Source: Myxococcales bacterium (GTDB taxonomy: Bacteria > Myxococcota_A > Bradymonadia > REDH01). Taken from it: DNA of 64,000 nucleotides. Below, piece by piece: positions 56,290 to 64,000 of this stretch (positions are counted from its first letter, which is position 1; the number at the start of each line of letters is the position of its first letter). The position numbers were made by a program, and so were the translations under genes. The DNA lies in the NCBI GenBank assembly GCA_020633625.1, contig JACKDJ010000013.1, positions 29,046 through 93,045 on the forward strand. Direction: 5' to 3'. The notes beneath the pieces were generated by a model that worked only from the letters and a program-made list of their open reading frames with translations, did not search any database and was not told the origin of the DNA.

Positions 56290-57413
56290 TGCGGCGCCTC
56301 GCGGCGGCCGTCCTGGTCGCACTCGGCGGCTCCGCGTGTGCGGGCGCGCAGCTCCCCGCGGATCTTCGGGCGATCGCCGCGAGCAGCGCCGACTTTCGCA
56401 TGGTCTGGGCGCAGACCCTCGACGAGGGCCAGCCGCTGACCGCGACCAAGCCCCAGCGTGGTGGCGTCGCGGTCGCCGGTGACGTTGTGGTCGTGACGCT
56501 CGCGTCGGGCGCCATCGTCGGGGTCGACGCCGCCGACGGCCACCGGCGCTGGGAGCAGACGACGAGCGACGATCCGATCGCCGCCCCGCCGACGGCCCAC
56601 GGTCGCACGGCGTACGCGGTCGATGGCCGCGGCGTTCTTCTAGCGATCGACGCGACCAGCGGCGCTATCGTCTGGTCGACGCCGCTCGAGGACGAGTTCC
56701 GCTCGGCGCCTGTGGTCGCCGACGGCCTGATCCTGTGTGCGAGCGCCACCGGAGCGCTCTACGCCGTCGACAGCACAAACGGGCGGCTGGCGTGGCAGTT
56801 CACGCGCCGACGCGTCGGCGGTGGGCTGTCGATCGCGGGCGCCGCGCGGCCTGCCGCAGTCGAGGACTTCATCTACTACGGGACGCCAGAGGGCACGCTC
56901 GTCGCCCTCGACCGGTCTGGAGAGGACGTCTGGATCGGCAACCTGGCGCTCGGCGAAGACGAGCTCACCGATGTCGACTCCACACCGGTGGTCGTCGACG
57001 GCGTCGTCATCGCGAGCTCGTTCTCGGGCGGTGTGTCCGGGCTGGACGCCCGCAGCGGGATCGTGCGCTGGCACGCGGAGCACGACGGCGGGGTGAGCGC
57101 GATCGACGTCGGCGACGCGGTGGCGGTCCCCACGCTGGACGGCGTGCTCTGGCTCGACCCGACCACTGGCGAGGAGCTCGGCGTGCTCGGACTGGACTCG
57201 GCCGCGCCAGGCGAAGCCACGCGCGCCGGCGATAAGCTCGTCGTCGCGACCCCAGACAACGGACTCTATCTGGTCGAGGCGAGTCGCCCCTGGCTCCACG
57301 CGAGGTTCGACCCGGGACCGGGCTTCGAACACGGCCCGGCGGTCGCCGGCGATGCGGTGTTCGCGCTCAGCCGCGAGGGAACCGTCTATCGGCTCGACAT
57401 CGTCGGCCGCTAG
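56286..57413 (+). CDS. PQQ-like beta-propeller lipoprotein (BamB-like)
   Basis: Lipobox 'LVALGGSAC'. Repeated 'G.LVGVDAADGHRRW', 'GVLLAIDATSGAIVW', 'GALYAVDSTNGRLAW', 'GTLVALDRSGEDVW', 'VSGLDARSGIVRW'. The start overlaps the upstream stop (GTGATG). Confidence 0.75.
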   Translation: MMRRLAAAVLVALGGSACAGAQLPADLRAIAASSADFRMVWAQTLDEGQPLTATKPQRGGVAVAGDVVVVTLASGAIVGVDAADGHRRWEQTTSDDPIAAPPTAHGRTAYAVDGRGVLLAIDATSGAIVWSTPLEDEFRSAPVVADGLILCASATGALYAVDSTNGRLAWQFTRRRVGGGLSIAGAARPAAVEDFIYYGTPEGTLVALDRSGEDVWIGNLALGEDELTDVDSTPVVVDGVVIASSFSGGVSGLDARSGIVRWHAEHDGGVSAIDVGDAVAVPTLDGVLWLDPTTGEELGVLGLDSAAPGEATRAGDKLVVATPDNGLYLVEASRPWLHARFDPGPGFEHGPAVAGDAVFALSREGTVYRLDIVGR

Positions 57414-57439
57414 AGGACCTCGCGGCGCGTCCGCACGCG

Positions 57440-57469
57440 TTGACGCTGGGTGGCACACCTCTCTACACT
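57440..57469 (+). promoter_or_regulatory. candidate sigma70-type promoter (TTGACG-N18-TACACT)
   Basis: TTGACG at 57440-57445 and TACACT at 57464-57469, 27 nt upstream of ATG 57496. It lies in the 82-nt gap after the BamB-like gene. Confidence 0.3.
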
Positions 57470-57495
57470 GCGTCTTCGTAACGCGAAGAGGTCCG

Positions 57496-60285
57496 ATGCT
57501 GCGAAGGTCCCGCCCCTGGCTCGGGTTGATGCTGACGATGTGGGTCGCGGGGTGTTCCGCTGACTCCGGTCGCAGCGTCGATGACGGCGACGTGTCCCTG
57601 GTCGACCTGGGCACCGACGCCGGCGAGACCGATGCCTCCGACGCCACCGAAGTGGACACCTCCGCCGACGCGGCGGTCGACTCGCCCGACGGGGTCGTTG
57701 TGCAGATCTGCGTCGACCGCGACCGCGACCAGTTCGGCGAGGACTGCGCCGCTGGCCCCGACTGCAACGACGAGAACGCCGCGGTGAACCCCGAGGCCGA
57801 GGAGGTCTGCGGCGACGGGTTCGACAACAACTGCGACGGCGAAGCCGATGAAGGCTGTCCCTGCGTCGAGGGCTCCTCGCGCGCCTGCTACACCGGCGAC
57901 CCCGATGTCCGCGGCGTGGGTGACTGCCGAGACGGCGCGCAGGTCTGCATCGGGAACGAGTGGACCGAGTGCACGAGCCGGCGACCGGTCGACGAGATCT
58001 GCGACGACCAGGACAACGACTGCGACGGCGAGACCGACGAGGGCGTCGCAAACGAGTGCGGTGGGTGCGGGCCGGTCCCACTGGAGCGCTGCGGCGACTA
58101 TCTCGACAACGACTGCAACGGCGCGATCGATGACCTCGCCGAGTGCACGTGCGGCGGTCGCCTGAACCAGCCGTGCTACAGCGGGCAGCCCAGGACGCTC
58201 GGGTTCGGCATCTGCCACGGCGGTCTCGCAGACTGCATCGACGACCGCATCGTCGCCTGCGTCGGCGAGGTGCTGCCGCAGGTCGAGGTCTGCGATGGGA
58301 TCGACAACGACTGCGACGGACTGGTCGACGAGAACCTCGCCAACGCCTGCGGCGTGTGCGGGGCACCGGACCCGGTCGAGGTCTGCAACAACTTCGACGA
58401 CGACTGCGACGGACAGATCGACGAGGGCCTGCTCAACCTCTGCGGCACCTGCGGCGTCATCGACACGCCCGAGGAGTGCGGAGATGGCCTCGACAACAAC
58501 TGCGACGGGCGCGTCGACGAAGGCTGCGGCTGCTTCGAAGGCGACGACCTCTGCTGGCCCGGGCGCCCCGAGCAGCGGTACGTCGGCGTCTGCCATGACG
58601 GCGAGCGCGAGTGTGCGGAGGGCGGAGAGTTCTGGGGACCGTGCGTCGGCTACATCCTCCCCGGGGTCGAGGTCTGCAACGACCGTGACGACGACTGCGA
58701 TGGCCTCGTCGACGAGGGCCCCGACGGGTGCAGCGTCTGCGGGAGCGACATCGAGGTCTGCGACGGGCTCGACAACGACTGCGACGGGCAGATCGACGAG
58801 CTTCTGCGGAACGCCTGCGGACAGTGCGTCGAGTCCGTCCCGCCCGAAGAGGAGTGCGGAGAGACCTGCTGTGACGGCGTCGACAACGACTGCGACGGGC
58901 TGACGGACGAGGGGCTCGTCAACGTCTGCGGCACGTGCGGAGACGCCTGCTTCATCGAGCAATGGGGTCGGCGCCCGATCGACTGGGAGGAGGGCGAGTC
59001 GCAGAACATTGACGTGAACAGCGCCGGTCGGCTCCGGCTCGGCACGACGTTCGTCGACCTCCCATTTGTCTGGATCGCCAACTCCGGCGAGGGCACCGTC
59101 TCAAAGATCGACAGCGACCTGGTTCAGGAGGTCGGCCGCTACCCGGTCGGCCAGGGCCCGAGCCGAACAGCGGTGGACTTCAACGGCGATCTCTTCGTCG
59201 TCAGTCGAGCTTTCTACGGGCAGGGAACCATCAGCCGCGTCGACGCGCTCGGCTGCGAAGGGACCGAGTGCGTTCGGTTCGACGCTCCCATCGGGGACAC
59301 GGACGCCGTTCCGCGCGGCGTCGCGATCGACGAGGAGGGATTCCCGTGGGTTGGCACCTACAACGACAACAAGCTCCGGCGCGTTGACCCGACTACAGGC
59401 ACCGCGATCGAGGAGTACGATGTCGGTCGCCCGATCTTCGGCCTCACCATCGACGCCGAAGGCATCCTCTGGTTCACGAGCCTCCGGATACCCGAGTACT
59501 CGGGCGGCGAGTTCGGCGCGTTCGACCTCGACCGTCGGCGGCTCATCGGTACTTGGTCCATCCCCGGATGCTCCAACCCCTACGGCATCGAGTCAGAGGG
59601 CGGGACCGTCTGGCTCACCAACTTCTCCTGCAACAACATCGTCCGCTTCGACGTCGCGACCGAGGAGATGTCGACCTACTCGCTCGCGGGCTTCGATCGC
59701 ATGCGTGGGGTCGCCATCGACGCCGACGGCAAGGTGTGGTTCGCATCGTACGGAAACGACACCGTCGCGCGCTTCGACCCCGACACCAACGCGTTCATCG
59801 GCAGCTACCCGGTCTGCGACGGCCCAATCGGCATCGGAATCTCGGCCGACCGCCACGTGTGGGTCGCCTGCTACTTCTCGAACGACGTCGTGCGGCTCGA
59901 CTATGACGGGACCCGGTCAGGGCGGGTCGAGGTCGGTCGGAACCCGAACAGCTACTCGAATCTGACAGGCTTCCAGCTTCGCAACCGAGCCGCGCGCCGC
60001 GGTACGTGGACGGTCGAGTTCGACTGCGCGTACACGAACTGTACCTTCAACCAGCTCCAGTGGACCGGTGACGTGCCACCCGAGGGAGAGGTCTCGATGC
60101 GGGCGCGAGTCACGAACGACCGCCTCACCTACTCCCCGTGGGCAGGCCCGTTCCTGGCAAATCCCGCCGATATCTCGGGCCTCCCACCCGCGCAGATCGT
60201 GGAGATCGAGGTGACGCTCCGGACCAGCGATCGGGCGTTCAGCCCTGAGGTCGGCCTCGTCGAGCTCTACTGGGGAAGGCCGTAG
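57496..60285 (+). CDS. large lipoprotein: acidic tether, MopE-like 'putative metal-binding' Cys-rich repeats (x9) and a C-terminal beta-propeller
   Basis: Lipobox 'MWVAGC'. 'DRDRDQFGEDCAAGPDCNDENAAVNPEAEEVCGDGFDNNCDGEADEG' followed by eight more CxxxD(N/D)(D/N)C(D/N)GxxD(E/D) units interleaved with CGxCG. The C-terminal repeats 'GTVSKID', 'NKLRRVD', 'NNIVRFD', 'DTVARFD', 'NDVVRLD' are typical of Vgb-lyase/NHL/YVTN-like propellers. Confidence 0.8.
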   Translation: MLRRSRPWLGLMLTMWVAGCSADSGRSVDDGDVSLVDLGTDAGETDASDATEVDTSADAAVDSPDGVVVQICVDRDRDQFGEDCAAGPDCNDENAAVNPEAEEVCGDGFDNNCDGEADEGCPCVEGSSRACYTGDPDVRGVGDCRDGAQVCIGNEWTECTSRRPVDEICDDQDNDCDGETDEGVANECGGCGPVPLERCGDYLDNDCNGAIDDLAECTCGGRLNQPCYSGQPRTLGFGICHGGLADCIDDRIVACVGEVLPQVEVCDGIDNDCDGLVDENLANACGVCGAPDPVEVCNNFDDDCDGQIDEGLLNLCGTCGVIDTPEECGDGLDNNCDGRVDEGCGCFEGDDLCWPGRPEQRYVGVCHDGERECAEGGEFWGPCVGYILPGVEVCNDRDDDCDGLVDEGPDGCSVCGSDIEVCDGLDNDCDGQIDELLRNACGQCVESVPPEEECGETCCDGVDNDCDGLTDEGLVNVCGTCGDACFIEQWGRRPIDWEEGESQNIDVNSAGRLRLGTTFVDLPFVWIANSGEGTVSKIDSDLVQEVGRYPVGQGPSRTAVDFNGDLFVVSRAFYGQGTISRVDALGCEGTECVRFDAPIGDTDAVPRGVAIDEEGFPWVGTYNDNKLRRVDPTTGTAIEEYDVGRPIFGLTIDAEGILWFTSLRIPEYSGGEFGAFDLDRRRLIGTWSIPGCSNPYGIESEGGTVWLTNFSCNNIVRFDVATEEMSTYSLAGFDRMRGVAIDADGKVWFASYGNDTVARFDPDTNAFIGSYPVCDGPIGIGISADRHVWVACYFSNDVVRLDYDGTRSGRVEVGRNPNSYSNLTGFQLRNRAARRGTWTVEFDCAYTNCTFNQLQWTGDVPPEGEVSMRARVTNDRLTYSPWAGPFLANPADISGLPPAQIVEIEVTLRTSDRAFSPEVGLVELYWGRP
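57700..58950 (+). repeat. degenerate intragenic tandem repeats encoding the Cys-rich units
   Basis: The DNA core gacaacgactgcgacgg, with 1-3 mismatches, recurs at about 58010, 58100, 58303, 58390, 58492, 58685, 58771 and 58879. Confidence 0.8.
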
Positions 60286-60351
60286 CAGACTCGCTCGCGT
60301 CGCGAGGGAGCACCCGAGCGTCGAGCGCGCGCGGTCAGCTCCCGCGGCGCC

Positions 60352-61188
60352 TTACTCTCGTCGACGGGCGCGACCGCGCGCGAGAGCCTCCCGGTCGTAG
60401 GGCGCAGGCCCACGGATGATCGATTCGGCGTCTACGACCGGGAGCTCGGCACCCACGAAGTCGCTCTCCCGCTCCGGCTCTGTCGGGAGCGTCGTATCGA
60501 ACGCCGGGTGGCGCTCGTAGTAGCCGCGGCCGAACGGGATCGCCGTCGACATGCACTTCCTCTCACGCGTCGATGGTGCCCAGTCTCGCTCGTCGGGCCA
60601 ACGTGCCGCCGGTAGAGGACGGAGCGCACGCGACGCCTCTGCAAGGGACCTAACTCGGTACAGGTAGTCGAAGACGTCGCTCTTTAGATACAGCGCGCCC
60701 CCGTCGCGCAGCCTGCGCGCGATCGTGCGCAGAAACCGGACGTCGAGCACGCGGCGCTCCGCGTGCCGCGTCTTCCACCATGGATCTGGGAACAAGACGT
60801 AGACTGCGTCGAGCGAGCGCTCCGGCACGAGGACCGACAGCGCGAGCCGTGCGTCGGCCTGCAACATCATCGCTCCCGACAGTCCCCGACGCGCGATTCG
60901 TTCCTCTGCCGCGACGACGTTCTTCGCCCGCCACTCGATGCCCAGCGTCGTAGTCGACGGGTCGCGTCCGACGCCAGCGAGGAAGGCGCCCGTGTTGCTG
61001 CCGATCTCGACAGCGCGAAGGGGCGGGCGCGCGTCGAGCGCGGACCGCACCTTCAAGATACGCTCGAGCTCCGCGCCACGGTGGATGAGGTAGCGCGGGT
61101 CGAAGAGCGACTCGAGCTCGACACGGACAGGGTGGGGCAGCGCGTCGAGATGCTCGTCAGCGCGCATCGGGCGCCCCCGCGGGGTCAT
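60352..61188 (-). CDS. trmB: tRNA (guanine-N7)-methyltransferase
   Basis: 'VEIGSNTGAFL' (SAM motif I) and 'VYVLFPDPWWKTRHAERR' (the TrmB hallmark). It has an extended C-terminus. The start may be ATG 61167 instead of 61188. Confidence 0.85.
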   Translation of the reverse strand: MTPRGRPMRADEHLDALPHPVRVELESLFDPRYLIHRGAELERILKVRSALDARPPLRAVEIGSNTGAFLAGVGRDPSTTTLGIEWRAKNVVAAEERIARRGLSGAMMLQADARLALSVLVPERSLDAVYVLFPDPWWKTRHAERRVLDVRFLRTIARRLRDGGALYLKSDVFDYLYRVRSLAEASRALRPLPAARWPDERDWAPSTRERKCMSTAIPFGRGYYERHPAFDTTLPTEPERESDFVGAELPVVDAESIIRGPAPYDREALARGRARRRE

Positions 61189-61393
61189 AGATCTCGATCC
61201 CGACGGTGCCAGAGGGACCGGCGTCGGGCGTCGGCGCGGCGGTGGTCTCCTCGACGACGCGGCTGAGCCCCTGGGCGAGCTGCAGGCGTCCGAAGAGGAG
61301 GACCGCCAGCACGGCGACCATCAGAACGACAGCGGTGAGCGTCGACCCGGCTGCGGTGCCGCCCGGGCGGCGAGGGCGTCGTCGAGCGGCCAC
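61157..61393 (-). CDS. small hypothetical membrane protein
   Basis: GTG 61393 lies 1 nt after the recJ stop. Arg-rich N-terminus, then one TM 'LTAVVLMVAVLAVLLFG'. It could also be a GC-driven spurious ORF. Confidence 0.35.
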   Translation of the reverse strand: MAARRRPRRPGGTAAGSTLTAVVLMVAVLAVLLFGRLQLAQGLSRVVEETTAAPTPDAGPSGTVGIEIYDPAGAPDAR

Positions 61394-61394
61394 G

Positions 61395-63122
61395 TCAGGC
61401 GGGGGTGAAGTCGCGGATCATGAGCTCAACCTCGACCTGCTTCCCAGTCCGCACGATGCGCGGGTGAAAGACGACGTCGATGGGACGCTTCAGCTCCTCG
61501 AGGCGGCCGGCGAGCCCGAAGCAGAAGGCCGAGAACGTCCGCGACCCCTGGCGCAGTCGTAGCCGGACGTTGCGGCCGCCGACGGCCTTGGGCTGGATCG
61601 GGAAGACCCCGTGCGCCTCGAACAGTGGCTCCGGGTTACCGGCACCGAATGGTGCCAGCTGCTCGAGCTCCTCGACCATTCGCTCCTCGATGCCGGCGAG
61701 GTCCACGAACGCGTCGACGGACAGGATCCGCTCGGGCCGCGCGCCGTCGGGAAGCTGACCTGCGACCTGCAGGTTGAGCCGCCTCTGTAGCTCTTCGGCG
61801 TGGAGGGCCGGGAAGGCGACGCCCGCGGCGACTCGGTGGCCGCCGTACGTGTCGAGCAGGTCGCGGCAGCCGCGTAGGGCGTCGAGCATGTCGACGCCGT
61901 CCGGCCCGCGGACGGACCCCTTCGCCATCCCGGAGTCGTCGATCGCGGCGACGAGCGCGGGGAGGTTGAACTTCTCGACGAGTCGGCTGGCGACGATCCC
62001 GAGCACGCCGGGGTGCCAGTCTCGGCTTGCCAAGACGACCGTGTGCGCGCCGGCATCGACGAGGTTGGACGCGCGGGTCTCTGCATCCTCGAGCACCAGC
62101 CGCTCGCGGGCCTGGCGCTCCTGATTCGCGGCGACCAGCTCCGAGGCGATGGCATCGGCGACGCGGTACGAGTCAGTGGTCAGTAGCTCGACGCACTTGT
62201 TCGCGTCGTCCATCCGCCCCGCGGCGTTGAGCAGGGGCGCGAGGCGGAAGCCGATCGTTCGCGCGTTTATCGAGTCCGTGAGTCCGGCGCGGCCTGCCTG
62301 CGAGATCAGGTGGGCGGACCCCATGATGGCGCAGATCCCGGGTCGACGGGCGGTACGGATCAGGCGCAGACCTTCGTGCACGAACACCCGGTTCTCGTCG
62401 GTCAGCGCGACGAGGTCGGATACGGTGCCGAGGGCGACCAAGTCCATCAGCGGGACTAGATCGAGGGCGGGCCAGTCGCCACCCTCGGCGGCGAGGAACC
62501 GCTGGAGCGCGAGGATCAGGTTGAACGCGACTCCCACCGCCGCGAGCTGCTTGAACGGGAACTCGCACTTCGGCTGCTGAGGGTTCAGCAGAGCGGTGCA
62601 GGTCGGGAGGAAGGTTCCGGGCAGGTGGTGGTCAACGACGATGACGTCGATGTCTTGGGCCTTCGCCGCCTCGATCGCGGCGTTGCTGCTCGTGCCGCAG
62701 TCCGCGGTGATGATCAGCTTCGGCTGCTTTGGCAGGTGGTCCCGCTCGAGCGACAACACCGAGAGGCCAACACTCGAGTCGCGGCGGTTGATGATGTGGT
62801 AGCCGACATCGGCTCCCAGGCCGCGAAGCCCGAGGAGTAGGACAGCGGTCGCAGTGATTCCGTCGACGTCGTAGTCGCCGTGGATCTGGATGCGCTCCTT
62901 CTTTAGGAGCGCACGACGGATTCGCCGGACAGCCTTGTCCATGTTTCGCATGGAGAAGGGGTCGTGCAGTGATTCGAGGCTGGGCCGCAGCATCGCGCGC
63001 ATGTCCTCGAGGCCGTTCACGCCTCGATTGAGAAGGACCTGCGCGGTCAGCTCGCTGATGTCGAACTCACGTGCATAGTGTCCAGCCGCCGCCTCTCTTG
63101 GCTTGTGGCGCGTCCAACGCAT
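61395..63122 (-). CDS. recJ: single-stranded-DNA-specific exonuclease RecJ
   Basis: DHH motifs 'IQIHGDYDVDGITA', 'IITADCG', 'DVIVVDHH', and DHHA1 'GGHRVAAG'. 575 aa. Confidence 0.95.
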   Translation of the reverse strand: MRWTRHKPREAAAGHYAREFDISELTAQVLLNRGVNGLEDMRAMLRPSLESLHDPFSMRNMDKAVRRIRRALLKKERIQIHGDYDVDGITATAVLLLGLRGLGADVGYHIINRRDSSVGLSVLSLERDHLPKQPKLIITADCGTSSNAAIEAAKAQDIDVIVVDHHLPGTFLPTCTALLNPQQPKCEFPFKQLAAVGVAFNLILALQRFLAAEGGDWPALDLVPLMDLVALGTVSDLVALTDENRVFVHEGLRLIRTARRPGICAIMGSAHLISQAGRAGLTDSINARTIGFRLAPLLNAAGRMDDANKCVELLTTDSYRVADAIASELVAANQERQARERLVLEDAETRASNLVDAGAHTVVLASRDWHPGVLGIVASRLVEKFNLPALVAAIDDSGMAKGSVRGPDGVDMLDALRGCRDLLDTYGGHRVAAGVAFPALHAEELQRRLNLQVAGQLPDGARPERILSVDAFVDLAGIEERMVEELEQLAPFGAGNPEPLFEAHGVFPIQPKAVGGRNVRLRLRQGSRTFSAFCFGLAGRLEELKRPIDVVFHPRIVRTGKQVEVELMIRDFTPA

Positions 63123-63267
63123 GGAAGGGTGTGCGAAACGAGTGCATGGTCGTCACAGCATAGCGACAACGAAGCCGGTTCGCACCATTCCATTGGTGTC
63201 GTCGTGCTCGGGTGCCCTCGACCGGGCCGATGCGGGCTCGGTAGAGGACGTGGGGGCGTCTTGGAGA

Positions 63268-64000
63268 CTACGGCGTAGTGTCGCGCCGCTTCGCCTGCGC
63301 AGCCATGAACTCGCTCGTCCAGATCATCAGCGGGTTGGCGATGTAAATCGACGAGTAGGTACCAACGACGACGCCGATGAGCATCGCGAGCGCGAACGAC
63401 CGGACCAGACCGCCGCCGAGGAAGTAGATCGCGAGGATGGCGAGGACGGTGGTGAACGCCGTCAGCAGCGTGCGGCTGAGGACCTCGTTGACGCTGCGAT
63501 TCACGAGCTCGTACAGGTCGTAGCGACCGTCCTCGGCGTCGATGTTCTCGCGGATTCGGTCGAAGTTCACGATCGTATCGTTCAACGAGTAGCCGACGAT
63601 CGTGAGCAGCGCCGCGAGGATCGGCAGGTTGATCTCCTCGCGGAGGATCACGAAGATCCCGAGGGTGATCATGACGTCGTGGAAGAGGGCGATGACGGCG
63701 CCGGGGGCGTACCGAAGGTCGAAGCGGAACGCGATGTAGAGCAGGATGCCGGCGAGCGCGAAGAGGATCGCCTGAACCGCGTCGGCGCGGAGCTGCTCGC
63801 CGACGCGGGGCCCGACGGTCTCGACACGGTCGATCGACGCGAAGCGGTCACCGAACTCGCTCCGGAGCCCGTCGGCGACGTGCCCCTGCAGGGTCTCCAC
63901 GGTCACCTGGAAGCGTCGGGCGATCGGCGCGCCGAAGAGAGAGGCCTGCGTGCCCTCGAGCCCGGCGGCGCCCAGCGCGGTCACGAGTCGCTCGGCCACT
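63268..64000 (-). CDS. secF: protein-export membrane protein SecF (3' part; 5' end beyond the window)
   Basis: 'ILLYIAFRFDLRYAPGAVIALFHDVMITLGIF', 'IVGYSLNDTIVNFDRIRE', 'SRTLLTAFTTVLAILAIYFLGG'. The frame is open to the window edge. Confidence 0.9.
   Translation of the reverse strand, partial: VAERLVTALGAAGLEGTQASLFGAPIARRFQVTVETLQGHVADGLRSEFGDRFASIDRVETVGPRVGEQLRADAVQAILFALAGILLYIAFRFDLRYAPGAVIALFHDVMITLGIFVILREEINLPILAALLTIVGYSLNDTIVNFDRIRENIDAEDGRYDLYELVNRSVNEVLSRTLLTAFTTVLAILAIYFLGGGLVRSFALAMLIGVVVGTYSSIYIANPLMIWTSEFMAAQAKRRDTTP

Noticed and set aside
57451-57470. TGGCAC upstream of the Cys-rich lipoprotein gene, considered as a sigma54 -24 element because a bEBP-like gene is present in the window.
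   Set aside because: The -12 position (GG-N10-GC rule) reads TA rather than GC, giving tggcacacctcTCTA. The same region fits a sigma70-like TTGACG-N18-TACACT better. A TGGCGC at about 47650 also fails the spacing, with N11.
57700-58950. Periodic DNA repeats (gacaacgactgcgacgg...), considered as a CRISPR-like or other non-coding array.
   Set aside because: The repeats are degenerate, irregularly spaced (about 85-195 nt) and lie in one continuous reading frame encoding CxxxDNDCDGxxDE protein repeats. No cas genes are present. They are coding repeats.
63123-63267. The relatively AT-richer recJ-secF intergenic region with an imperfect hairpin (cctcgaccgggc...gctcggtagagg), considered as an sRNA or terminator.
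   Set aside because: The stem has two mismatches and no U-tract, and there is no recognisable promoter/terminator pair. It most likely just holds the secF 3' end and the recJ promoter. RNA-seq would be needed.

Overview
This is a very GC-rich bacterial chromosomal segment with about 50 protein-coding genes. By eye I found no rRNA, tRNA, CRISPR array, transposase or prophage.

**Likely origin (inference only).** Several architectures suggest Myxococcota, perhaps Polyangia or Sandaracinus-like. These are a PEGA-domain Ser/Thr kinase, PP2C phosphatases, a MopE-like Cys-rich repeat lipoprotein, Asp-rich lipoprotein tethers and a glycine-rich RRM protein.

**Backbone.** Most genes are housekeeping: nadK, lepA, lepB, carA, uvrA, dprA, trmFO, xerC, hslV, hslU, argD, coaE, engB, rimI, alaS, slyD, trmB, recJ and secF (partial). 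Many are packed with 4-nt ATGA/GTGA start-stop overlaps.

**No classical mobile or defence island is visible.** The unusual content is at the level of protein architecture and small gene modules:
- A J-domain protein, an Hsp70 paralogue and a Pro/Ala-rich partner form a triad. The two partners share an unnamed module of about 45 aa (25.4-30.1 kb).
- A membrane-embedded PDZ, polytopic, GAF-like regulator has a sigma54-activator AAA+ core that has lost GAFTGA and Walker B. It is followed by coupled envelope genes and a PEGA kinase (35.4-41.7 kb).
- Signal peptidase I carries an inserted module that resembles the pseudopilin GspG C-terminal domain.
- A 2TM/RCK K+ channel has a TVGYE filter instead of TVGYG.
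- A PD40/TolB-like lipoprotein has one CxxCH motif.
- A murein endopeptidase (M74) is fused to HEAT repeats.
- cNMP-binding modules are present in several forms: fused to PP2C, and as two tandem stand-alone proteins.
- A lipoprotein of about 930 aa has nine CxxxDNDCDGxxDE repeats and a beta-propeller.

**Limits.** All calls rest on reading the translated ORFs and the DNA by eye. No database search was run. Start codons are often uncertain in this GC-rich sequence. The many long antisense ORFs were treated as compositional artefacts.
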